64,000 nucleotides of DNA, taken from assembly GCA_026936335.1 (NCBI GenBank), contig JAPMXV010000026.1, forward strand, positions 62,001 through 126,000, given 5' to 3'. The position numbers were made by a program, and so were the translations under genes. Below, one piece after another: positions 35,752 to 46,784 of the stretch (position 1 is the stretch's first letter; each line of letters begins with the position of its first letter). The DNA comes from Mantamonas sphyraenae STR306. Lineage: Eukaryota > Protista > CRuMs. The notes beneath the pieces were generated by a model. It had not been told where the DNA came from and did no database searches. It saw only the letters and a list, made by a program, of their open reading frames with translations.

Positions 35752-38714
35752 TTCTTCTTCTTCAGCTTGTACGCACCTGCGCTCGTCATGCTCAGCTTCT
35801 CCTCCATCACCATGTTGTTCAGCAGCACCTTCAGCTCCGCCGTGCTCTTGTCGTACGTGCCTTCCGTCACAAACATCTTGAGCATGTTGTGGATTTTGTC
35901 CACAGGCAGCGAGGGGAAGTTGGCAAGCATTCCCAGCACAAACTGCTCATACACACGCAGATCTTCCGCCTCCTGCGCCTCTGCCGAGCTCACTGCCACC
36001 TCCTCCTCATAGCGCACTTGGCCCGCACCCTCCTCTGCCTGTTCAAGCAACACCCACGTGTCTGTCTGCGTCTGCTTCACCACCCCGTGGTTTGCCCAGA
36101 AGCCCAGCTTGCGTCGCACCTCCTCCTCTCCCATGTGCATCGCCTCTGCCAACGCTTGCGTCGTCCACGTGCCTTCCTCCCCAAAGTACATCATGATGCT
36201 CGCCTGCGCTGGCGTCACGCTCAACTCCAGCGTCCTGTCTTCAAACTCGAGTTCCAGCTCCACCACACCCATGCTTGCCATCCACTGCAACTTCCGCGGT
36301 GTCTTGAGGGTGTAGTATTCCTCCCCATACCGTTCCATCTCCTTTGCCACCGCAGGCGGCGGCACCATCTCCTCTTCAACAATCGTTGGCCAGAACAGCT
36401 TCGACACAATTGTTGCCGTCAGCGGCACCTGCACCTCTTCACCATCCTCCTCCTCCTCCGCCTCCTCTTGCTCCTTCGACACCTGCGCTTTGTCTGCTGC
36501 CCCGACACTTGTGCTCGTGCTGGAGGAGGAGGAGGACGACGACGACGACGACGATGCCTCTGCGGAGGCGGCGCCCTCGCCCCGTGGTCGCTTGCTGCGC
36601 GACTGTTCGCCTGCGCTGGGCTGCACACTCTTGAACATGCGGTCGATGGAGATGGTGGGTCGCATCCGTGGGTCGTAGCTGCCTTCGTCCTCGCTACTGT
36701 ACTCTGGGCTGCTGCTGCCCCCACTGCTCGAGTCACCACTGCTGCCTGTGCTCTGTGTGCGTCCCCTGGCCATGGACAAGGACAAGGGATGGCCCATGCG
36801 CTGCTGCCGTTCCTTGCGCTTCTCCTTCTCTTCCGCCTCCCGTATCTTGGCCACCCTGCGTGCCTCTTGCACACGCGTCCACACACGCTTGCTGTCCTTC
36901 AGATCCCGCAGCATGATTTCGCAGTTGCGAAACACATCCTCGCCAAATCGTCGCTTCAGCATCTCCTGCATGCGCTGCTCCTTGCCCGTGTCGAAATCGG
37001 TGATCTCCAGCAATTTGTCCGCCAGCATCATGCGGTACTCGTTCACAAACACCTCTTTGCTCCCGTAGATGCTGTTCATCGTGTTCAGGATGTCCGTGCC
37101 TTCTGCGCCGCCGCCGCCGCCGTGCAGCTGTTCCATCGAGCCCGCTTCCATGTCCACTGCGCCGGGCACCCACCGCATGGGGTCTCCCGACTCTGCCGCT
37201 GCCTCTCCGTCTTCAATGATATCTCCCGCACGCCCCAACTCCTTGTACAGCTCTCCCGTCTCCTCCGTCATGCTTGTCACAATGCACCGTATCGTGTCGC
37301 TCCTGCCGGCCAGATACTGCTTCACCGGCTCACTAACCACGTCTGCTGCCATGCCGGTTGGATCCAGGATGGCCAGTACCTTGATGGCGTTGATGAACGT
37401 GCTCAGCAGCACCGGTGTGTTTGCACCCGCCACCAGCAACCGTTGTTGGAAACGACGTGCGCAGCTGTTCCGCAAGCGCACGCTGCTGTTTCGTTTCGTA
37501 CAGACACGTGCGCAGGTTGCGGATGGCTTCCATCGAGTCGGGAAAGTCCACAATGATGTCAAAGATCTCGCCGATGCGCAGGTCTGCCATGCGTTCGTGC
37601 AGGAAAAACTGCATCCGTGTGTGCCACTGTTCAAACAGCCCATGCGCACGCTCCCGTCCCAACGGACGCACCGCCTCCGAGAACCAGCGCATCAGCACCT
37701 GATTCAGCCAATTCACTGCAATCTGCAAACACGGCTCGTCATACGTGCCCGTGCACTCCTTCACCACGTGCCGCTCGATACGCTCGTACATCACCTCGCT
37801 GTACACCTCTTCAGCCCACCCCAACATCTGCATCTTGGCCAACGCCGTCGCCATCCCTCCCACCTGCTCCTCCAGGTACTGCTGCGACCTTCGATGAGCC
37901 TCCACCTCCTCCTCGTCCCGATCCGAATCCGACGCCTCCACGTCGTCGCTGTCCGATTCCTCCTCCACACTGTGTTCTCCAATGTACATGCGTGCAAAGC
38001 GGTCAAAGTGATGACGCATGAGCACACTCACCAGCTCTGCAAAGTACCCTGGCTCGCTGTTGTTCAACGCCGCCGACCAGATCGTACCCAAATCAGTCCA
38101 TTCGCCCTCCATGTGTCCCTGGTGTTTGCTCACAAGCTCCACCACTGCCTTGCACCGCTCCCATTGGCCTTCCACTTCTTCTGCTGTTTCCACTAGGGCC
38201 GCTTGCACTGCCCGCATCCTTGCTTCGTGTGCTGCCACTTCCTCGTCCTCCTCCTCCTCCTCCTCTGCGTCCTCTGCCTTTTCATCATCCCCTTCATCCT
38301 CCTCATCACTGTCGCTGTCGCTGTCCTCCTCCTTCTCGTCCAGCTCCGCCTGCTTCGCTGCCAACTCTGTGCACTCGGTCTCAAACTCGCCAAAGCGGCG
38401 CCAAAACCCGCCAAACACCGTCTGCCGCACGTACGCGCTCACCTGCGCCTGCACACGCGTGCGCACCAGAGTGTATGTTGTCCATTCGGCACTCACTCGT
38501 TCAACGTGATCTGCAACCTCCTTGTTCTCCCCTGTGGGTCCATCGCACGAGTCAGCGCGCCAAAACCCCGCGTGCGGATCAACCCCAACGCCCGCCCCGG
38601 CTCGCCACACACACTCACACACACACACTCACCCAATTTGCGGATTTCCTCCGCGTCCATCTCCTGCCACGATGCTATCGCCTCCAGCACGCCCTTGACT
38701 GCAGTGCCCGCCAT
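35748..38714 (-). CDS. ANAPC2: Anaphase-promoting complex subunit 2
   Basis: LRIGEIFDIIVDFPDS, QRLLVAGANT, ILDPTG, YLAGRSDTIRCIV, IYGSKEVFVNEYRMMLADKLL, CEIMLRDLKDSKR, FVLGMLANF; +1 break at 37448-37452. Confidence 0.9.
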
Positions 38715-38890
38715 GTCAGCTTGTCAGCTTGTTTCGCTGGAGACGTCTGCGCGCGACAAGGACAGCCAGCCAGCACAGCCAGCCAGCACACACACCACAA
38801 TGCAATGTGACCATGTTTGTACACGCATTCACACACTCTCGCATGCAATGCAAACGTGGATTCGCTCTGTGCGCTGTCAGAAACAATCAA

Positions 38891-39667
38891 ATGAGCGCAA
38901 TCTTCAACAAACTCAAGAAGATGACCAGCAAAGAGGTGGCCAAGGGCCGCGTGGTGTTTGAGGACGACCGCCACACGGCCACACTGGCCCTAGGGTGATT
39001 CTGGAACCCCGAACCTGCGTTTGCGTCCAAGAAGGGAGTCATTGTGACGCGCGTCGGCTATTCGGGGGGACTCAAGGAGAACCCGACCTACCACAGCATC
39101 GGAGACCACACCGAAACCATCCAACTGGAGTATGACCCGGAGCAGATCAGCTACGAGGATCTCCTCGTCGTCTTTTTCAGCCTCCACTCGCCATTCCGCC
39201 GAGCCTACTCCGTCCAGTACCGCTCGGCGATCTTTTATCACAACGACGAGCAAAAGGCCACCGCAGAAAAGGTCATTGCCACGCTGGAAAAGAAGCAAGG
39301 CCGCAGTGTGTACACCGACCTGGAAGAGGTGCGTTTCCACAGCCGTTTTCCTTGTTGCTCCAGGTCGCCGACGGAAGATCCCACTCACCCACCCTTCCCC
39401 CCGCACGCACAGGCCGGCACCTTTTGGATTGCCGAAGACTATCACCAGAAGTACATGCTACGGTCTCAACGTGCTGTGTTCACCTCACTTGGCCTGACCG
39501 CCGAGGAAGTGATCAGCAGCCCGCTGGCTGCCAAACTCAACGCCTTTGCCGCCGGCTACGGCTCGGCAGAGGACTTTTACCAAGTCGAGAAGGACTTTGA
39601 CCTCGACTTGGACTCCAGCGTGCGCGACAAGGTGCTCAAGAACATCACCTACAGCTCGCGCCGCTGA
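38891..39667 (+). CDS. MSRA: Selenocysteine-containing peptide methionine-S-sulfoxide reductase MsrA (Sec TGA at 38996-38998)
   Basis: ATLALG-TGA-FWNPE (GCFW motif), TRVGYSGG, NPTY, DHTETIQLEYDP, QYRSAIFYH, AEDYHQKY; 84-nt intron 39329-39412. Confidence 0.92.
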
Positions 39668-39700
39668 ATCGCCCCGACGACTCATGGTCATCCAAACCCA

Positions 39701-39747
39701 GGGAAAGCCTGCCTGTGAACTCCCGTTCGCGCAGGACTGGGCTGGAC
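39701..39747 (+). promoter_or_regulatory. Candidate GGGA-type SECIS element in the MsrA 3'UTR
   Basis: GGGAA, 12-nt arm AGCCTGCCTGTG, unpaired AA (39718-39719), loop, complementary CGCAGG-act-GGGCT, then GGAC; lower helix I weak. Confidence 0.55.
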
Positions 39748-39889
39748 AACACGACGCCGCACTGCACTGCCACACACACACCCGCAACCGTGCCACACAC
39801 AAATGACACCCGCAGTGCCAAAAGCCCGATTGATTGTCGACATCCCCGTGTGGAGACAAATGAGACTCGAGTGCGCAAACAAAAGCAAT

Positions 39890-41273
39890 TTACTTCTTGC
39901 CGCCCTTCTTGCCGGTCTTCTTGGCCTTCTTGGCAGCCTTGGCAGCCTGCACCTTGAGCACAGCCTTGACAATCCTCTGCTCCTCAATCAGGAAAGCACG
40001 CACCACACGGTTGCGCACGCACGTCGAGCACAGGTTGCCACCGTACGCGCGGTTCACCGTCTTCTGTCGCTTGCTCAGGCGGCTGTACTGACGGGGTCGA
40101 AGGCGCGGGATCTGTTGTTGACGTTGTGTGTGTGTGTGTGTGTGTCCATACATCCATCGTTCCCATTCTGCGTCAGTTTCCTCCCTTCCCCAACAACCTC
40201 CACCTTTCTCATCAATTCCCCCCTCTGCGGGCCCCCTCCCCCATCTGCGCTTCTGCACACGGCAAAATGCGGCACGTGCTCAGGGCCGCGCGCTGTTTAC
40301 ACACGGCCACAGACTTTTCTTCGACCACAATGGCGGTAGCATGTGCCCGTGACCAGCCACTGAACAAGCACACAGCATCCGCAACAGCGGGTCTTGCTCT
40401 GTGCTTTGCTCAGCCGCCTTTCAAAGCCAAACGCGCACACACACACCTGCCCATTACTTGCGAAGGGGAATCTACTTCCTCATTGCACCTGCCTCCCATG
40501 CATCCTTTCCCACCCTCCTCCACACATGCACATCCCTTTCCATCCCTCCTTCCCCTCTCTGCCCTCCTCCACACGCCTCCGCCGCTCCCCTCGCATGCAA
40601 ATCCCTGCCTCCCGCAAAACTCACCCCTCCCAGCACCTGCGGGCACTCGGCGCAGTTGTGCGGCGATGCCTTCTTCTCCGTGTACTGCAGAGTCAGCTTG
40701 CCTCCGGGCGTCTTGACCCTGTGGATGTCCCATTCCCGTGTCAGCCCTCTCTACCTCCCATTCTCCACCGCTGCATTTTCGCCCCAGCCCCATCTCCCGC
40801 CCCGTTCCCCTTCCCACACATCCCAATCCCCTCCCTGTGTCCATTCATCATCTCCCCCATCCACCGTGCCATCTCTTCATGCCCATCCTTGTCCCTGGGA
40901 CTCCCTCTCGCCTCCACACGCCCGCCTGCAAACCCCGTCCCCTTTCCCGCTTTGCCTCCAACGCCTCCTCCTCCTCCTCCTCCTTCTCTCTTGCACACCC
41001 ATCCGGTGACACACACACACACACACACAGACATCCGTGTCTCTCCTCTTCACTTACATGCGGCCCTTGTTGGACTTGGTGCGGTACGAAGTGCGGCGGC
41101 GGTAGGTAACACGCTGAACCCTGTTGGTTTTTCGTGAACGAACCAGCCGGTCGAATCCAGACCAACCCGTGTGCAGCAGCAGTCACACAGACATGCAGAC
41201 AGAGTCAGTACTTCCATAACATTCACTTGCTCGATCGCTCACACTCTCCCTCTCTCACTCGTGCAACCCACAT
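39890..41273 (-). CDS. RPL34: 60S ribosomal protein L34 (eL34), copy 2
   Basis: Same four-exon structure and apparently identical protein; TAA stop instead of TGA. Confidence 0.95.
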
Positions 41274-41322
41274 TGTTGTTTGTTGTTTCCGTGCCTGTGC
41301 TCGCGCACCTCGACAAAACCCA
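39890..41322 (-). repeat. Inverted repeat, right arm
   Basis: Reverse complement of 28309-29757. Confidence 0.95.
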
Positions 41323-41340
41323 TCGAAACTGGTCTCCAGT

Positions 41341-43858
41341 TCATTCGGCATCGCTGTCACCGTCGCTGTCCCACTCGCCCTCCTCCTCATCATCACTCTC
41401 CTCCTCGTCGCTGTCTCCTTCATCGTCCGAGGAGGAAAACTCGTCCTCCTCGCCCTCCTCGTAGCTGATCCTCGGCGCGTCGTTGAGTGCAGAGGCAGCC
41501 TCGTCGTCCTCCAGCTTCTGACGCAGCGAAATCTGCGACATGACCAGGTCCATGCGTCCGCTGAGTCGCAGCAGCTTCTTGAACACGGCCAGGCGCGAGT
41601 CTACGGTTTGGTACAGGCCCGACAGGTGTTGGACGAGGTTGGGCACCGTCATGAGGTAGGCCGTGTGTTGCACAAGAACGGCACGAATCCAGCGCGTGAG
41701 CACCATCGCCCGGTTGGGACGAGACTGCAGTCGCATGATGACCTGCGTCAGGAACGGCAGCACGTACTCGTTCGGCAGCCGCTCCACCGTGTTTACAATC
41801 ACCTTTTCGTCTGCAATCGACAGACAGTACTCCAGCAGATGTGTGTCTTCACTCTTCAGCGCCTGCTGCAACACAGCACGAAGCGAGTCTGCCTTGGGTG
41901 GGCCTCGCCCGCTGCCCAGCTCCACCTGCACCTTGCGTGCTGCCTTGGCCACGCTATCCGCCTCCACATCCTCCTCTGCGTCGTCTCCGCCAATGCTGTC
42001 GCCCACCAAATCCAACAGCTCCAGCTGTTCGCCCATTGTGTGTTCGTCCTCGTCCGAGTCACTGTCCCCGCCTGCGTTCCTGCCCCGCTTCTTGGCCGTT
42101 CCGTCCTGCATGCTCACCACGCCGGCGTCGCCTGCACCCAACACCGTCACCCTGTCCGACGCAGGGTTGTTGCGTGTGTTGCCCGATGACGATGAAGACG
42201 AAGAGGACGAGGATGACGACATGGCTGCTGCCGACGACTCAACACGTGCCTCGTCCTGTGCAATCAGTGCCAACTGCGTGTCCTTCAGTGCAGGCAGACT
42301 GATCTTGGTCTGCCACTTGCCCTTGCGCGTGTACGCCACCGTCTCAAACACCGGGTGCACAAACGAACCGCGTGCCACCATCACGGTGCCCGCCTTGTTG
42401 AACGCCGCCGCAAAGATGCGCTGGTACCGCTGTTTGCTCAGCAATGCGTTGGATGCCTCTGCCTCTGCTGCTGCCGACGACCCTGCCGCCGTGCCCACGC
42501 TCACACGCACGCTCTTGCCGTTGGCCCGGCTGCCGTCCAACTCCATCGCGTCCTCGTCGTCACCGCCCGCCGTCGACGACGCCTCCGACGCACTGCTCGG
42601 CGTCAACACACACCTGCGGAACCCCTTGCCTGCCTTTGCACGTTCCATCTGCGTCTGCGTGGCACGAAACACCGTGGCCGAGCCGCTCGTCGTGCACACC
42701 AGCAACGTGTACTCCTTCTCTCCTCCCTCCTCCTCCTCCTCTTCATCCTCTCCAACCCCACCCGCCGACGTCTTGCTGGCATCGTGTGCTGAAAACGCCA
42801 AACGCACAGCCGCACTGTCCATGGCAATGGCCTGGCGTGCAGGCGCACGTTCCTGCGATTCTTCAGGCTGGGCGTTCTCCTCCTCGTCCGCCTCCTCGTC
42901 CGGCACATCCACCTGCCAAATATTCACATAGCGGTCGCCGTCACGCGCTGCCGTGGCAAACCAGGCGCCGTCGGGGCTAAACTGGATGCTGGACACTGTC
43001 GTGGAATGGCCCGTGAACTTTTGCACCGCGACCCCGCTTGCCCAGTGCCACAGCTTCAACGTGCTCGCCGCACTCACCACGTACCTCCCATTCGGGTGCA
43101 CTGCAATGCTGCTCACCGGCCGCTTGTGCGCTCCCGAGATCGATCTGTGCCCACGTGTGCGTCGTCGCCCTCTTTGAGTGAGCTGGGTCGCCCGGACTTG
43201 GCCTCCTCGCATGCACGCCCCGGCCCGGAAATCCGTCTCCAGCTTTGCCGCCCCTGCACACGCCTTTCCGCAACTTACGTCACCACACGCGTCTTGCTCA
43301 CGTTCCACTCGATGATGCGCTTGTCTGAGCTGCACGAAAACAGCCGGTTGCTGTCTGTGGGCGAGAACACCAGCTGGTTCACACGTCCTCGGTGTCCACC
43401 CTTGCTGCCCTTGCCAAGCTGCGCCACCACTTCCCCACTGCGCACATCGCACATCAGAATCGTTCCACTCTGCGTGCCCACAGCCAGCACGCTCGGCTCA
43501 CGCTTGCTTGCGCTCTTGGACCCCTGTTGCGTCGTCACATGTGGCACCCCCCGAGTCGTGTCAGGAATGCGTCGTCCCGATTTCGAGCGGACTGCCGTGC
43601 ATCAACCACGCAAGGCTTCCCCTACGCCCGTAGAGCACATCACACGCGCACACACGACGCCCGTGGAACACCGCCCATGCCATCCCCACTTACCGAAGAT
43701 GAGTAGCCCCATGCCAGACAGGTAAAGACGTCCGAAGCCTGCATGTCTGTGGCCAGCTCGCGACGCAGTTCGCTGTTCAACGTGTCCCACACCTTGATGC
43801 GATTGTCGGTGGTCAACACCGCCAACAAGCCACACTGTGCGTCAAACGCTACCCGCAT
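41341..43858 (-). CDS. WDR43: U3 snoRNP/t-UTP protein UTP5/WDR43
   Basis: WD40 repeats (RIKVWDT, LAVGTQSGTI, KFTGHSTTV) plus Utp12 domain (LQQALKSED..LLEYCL..WIRAVLVQHTAYL..LLRLSGRMDL); at least two introns; start approximate. Confidence 0.85.
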
Positions 43859-43999
43859 CCTCGTGTGTGTTGTATGTGTGTGTGTTGGTGGAAGGGGGGC
43901 TGGCCCCAGGGTCGCAAGCGCAGTCACGCCCAACGAATTTCCCGCCTGAGAAGCATGACGACATTGCGTGTGAGCAAGTCGCTGAGCAGCAGCCGCGGC

Positions 44000-46698
44000 A
44001 TGGCTGCTGTGTTGGCTGTGGTCATGTGCACTGCGTGTGCAATGTCCGCCCTGGCGCATTCCGACGCCCTGGTGATGCCTGAGCCCGAGGTCAACCTGCG
44101 ACCCAGCCACTGGAGGCCGTCCACCGCCTCGGTGTCGCCCCAACAAACCGTCGGGTTCACTGTCGGTCTCAAGCAGCGCAACTTGGACAAGCTGGAGGTG
44201 AGTGAAACCCTTGTCCTTGGCCTCTCCCGGGACACACACACACACACACACACACGCGAAAATTGAGACGACGACACGCGTGTACTTTCGTCCTCCGTTC
44301 CCCCGTTTTTTGCCGGCCCGCACGCGCTGGCCACGTGCACACCCATCCCCATGTGTCGCTTACACGCAGCCGTGATTGTGTACAGCGCCTGTTTTGGGAG
44401 GTGAGCAACCCGCAGAGCGAGTCGTACATGGCGTACCTGTCGCAAAAGGAGATCACGGCGCTGGTGGCCCCTCCGGCAGCTTCGGTGGAGGCCGTGCAGA
44501 CGTGGCTGAAGGAGGCAGGCTGCACACAGGTGGAGCTGGCTGGCAACAACGATGCACTTCGTGTGGCGGCGCCCGTGGAGGTTGTGGAGCGTCTGTTTGG
44601 CGTGAGCATGCAGGCCTTTGAGTCGGTGCACCGTCCCGGTGTGACCATTGTGCGCTCCACACGCGCATACACCCTTCCCGCAGACGTGGCTGCTCATGTG
44701 CAGTACATCAACGGCATCCACTCGTTTCCGCCCATGCGACCCAGTGCCATGGAACGCGAACGCGCAGCCGTCGTGGCCAGCGTGGCCGACGACGAGGCCC
44801 TTGCCAGTGGCACCAACACGTCGATGCCCCTCGTGGCACGCCTTCGCAACGGTGACTCGCAATTGGCCATGTTTGCGGCGCTGCGATGTGCCGATGGCAC
44901 GTGGGCAACCCAGGCCAACGGCGTTTGTGCCACGGCCAACGGAGGCGCTGGAGCCATCACCGCCCTGCGCGCAAACCTGCGCTACAACACGTCGGCGTCC
45001 ATGAGTGTGGATTATGACATTGTGGTGGATCAGGCTCACGGTTGCATGCCCTGCTCCGCCTTTGCCAGCAAGCCCTTCTACCACGGCATGTGCACAGACG
45101 TCCTGAAGGCCGCGGGCACCACCGAGGACGTTGTCTTCTGCGCCAACGCCGTCAAGGGTCTGGTCAACTACGTGGCCACGCGTGTGAGCATCAGCACGGT
45201 GTTCACCAACAACGGTGTTGTGTCGCCCGCATACACCCCTCCCTTGGACGTGTACACCTCGCCCCTGGTGACCCCCGATCTGTTGCGTGCCCACTATGGC
45301 ATTCCCCAGGGCACGCGTGGTGGCGTGCGTGCCGACAACGTGCAAGCCGTGGCCGAGTTTCTGGGCCAGTATTACAGCCCCCACGACCTGTCGCGCTTCC
45401 TGGCGGACAACGGCCTGCCGCAACAGGGGGTCAAGGAGGTCATTGGTCCCAACGACGTCAACATGCCCGGCGGCGAGGCGCAGCTGGACATTGAGTTTAT
45501 CATGGGCGTGGCTCCGGGTGTGGAGACGGTGTTTTGGAGCGTCGGCGGACTGCACGAGAACCAGGAGCGCTTCCTCAAGTGGATCCAGGACGTCAACGCA
45601 GACTCGCACGGCGTGCTGGTGCACTCCATCTCCTACGACGACGACGAGAAGAACATGACGGCGTCGTACCGGGCGGCACTGAACACAGAGTTCCAGAAGG
45701 CCGGTGTGGCAGGCATGACCCTGCTCTTTGCTGCCGGCGACGACGGCACTGGCTCGTTTGACGCACGCACAAACGCGGCCGCGTGCAACGCAATCACGCC
45801 CACCTTCCCGTCCACTTCGCAGTATGTCACCGCCGTGGGCGGCACCACATTCAGCACCCAGGCACGCTCTCTGTGCACGCAGAACGACCACGGCTTTGAC
45901 TTCAAGTGCAACCTGGTCGGAGAGATTGTCTCCTCCACAGACACGGGCTCGGGCATCACCACCGGCGGTGGCTTCTCCTTCACCGAACCCATGCCTGGGT
46001 ACCAGAAGGACGCCGTGGCCGCCTATCTGGCGAGCAAGAACAAGGGCACCGTGTTCCCGCCCTCCAACATGTTCAACGCCAACGGACGCGCCTATCCGGA
46101 CGTTGCTGGCGTGGCACACAACTACATGGTGCGCATGGACAACACCACCTTCCAGGTGGACGGCACCAGCGCAAGCACCCCGCTCGTGGCTGCCATGATC
46201 TCCCTTCTCAACGAGGCCCTCCCTGCAGGCAAGTCCATGGGCTTCCTCAACCCTTGGCTCTACCAAATGGCCGCCAGCAACCCGGAAGCCTTCTACGACG
46301 TCACCCTTGGCAACAACCGCTGCACGGCAAACCCCAAGGTGTGCTGCCCCAACGGATTCCACGCCGCCGTCGGCTGGGATGCCGTCACGGGCCTGGGAAC
46401 ACCTCGTTTCGACGTGTGGTTCAACCATGTGCTCAACCCCACCAGCCGATTCCCGCTGGCTTCTCAGCAGGGGCCCCCGGGCTCTCCGGGTCCCGCCGGT
46501 CCCCCGGGTCCCCAGGGCTCCCAGAGTGTGCTCACCCACGAGCAGAGCACCCTCCTGTACGTTTCCCTCTTTATCAACGCCGGCATCATCATCCTGCTCA
46601 TCATTGGAGGTGTGTACTGGTGCACCAACGGCCGCCGCAAGGACGCCCTCCTCAACATCAACGACTCGTCCCACTCGTACGACCGCATCCGCGGCTAA
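44000..46698 (+). CDS. Tripeptidyl-peptidase I/sedolisin (S53) with collagen-like stalk and C-terminal TM helix
   Basis: Signal peptide, prodomain (LKQRNLDKLE..EVSNP), GEAQLDIE, AAGDDG, FPSTSQYVTAVGGT, GRAYPDVA, GTSASTP, GWDAVTGLGTP; intron from ~44198. Confidence 0.9.
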
Positions 46699-46784
46699 GC
46701 TCGCTTTCTGCAACAACTCATGCAATGATGCAATTGGAATGGAATCCAAGTGTGCTCTCTTTCTTGGTGGTTTTCGTCGCTCCC

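Noticed and set aside
38996-38998. Genome-wide reassignment of TGA to Cys or Trp
   Set aside because: Many conserved genes here end properly at TGA (RPL34 copy 1, APC2, RPB11, MsrA itself) and Trp is TGG.
39802-39856. Canonical AUGA SECIS at ATGAC..AAAA
   Set aside because: Spacing to AA fits, but no complementary 3' arm forms helix II.
28309-41322. Inverted repeats as transposon TIRs or a Polinton/composite element
   Set aside because: Arms are intact RPL34 genes, the interior holds housekeeping genes, and no transposase, integrase or target-site duplication is seen.
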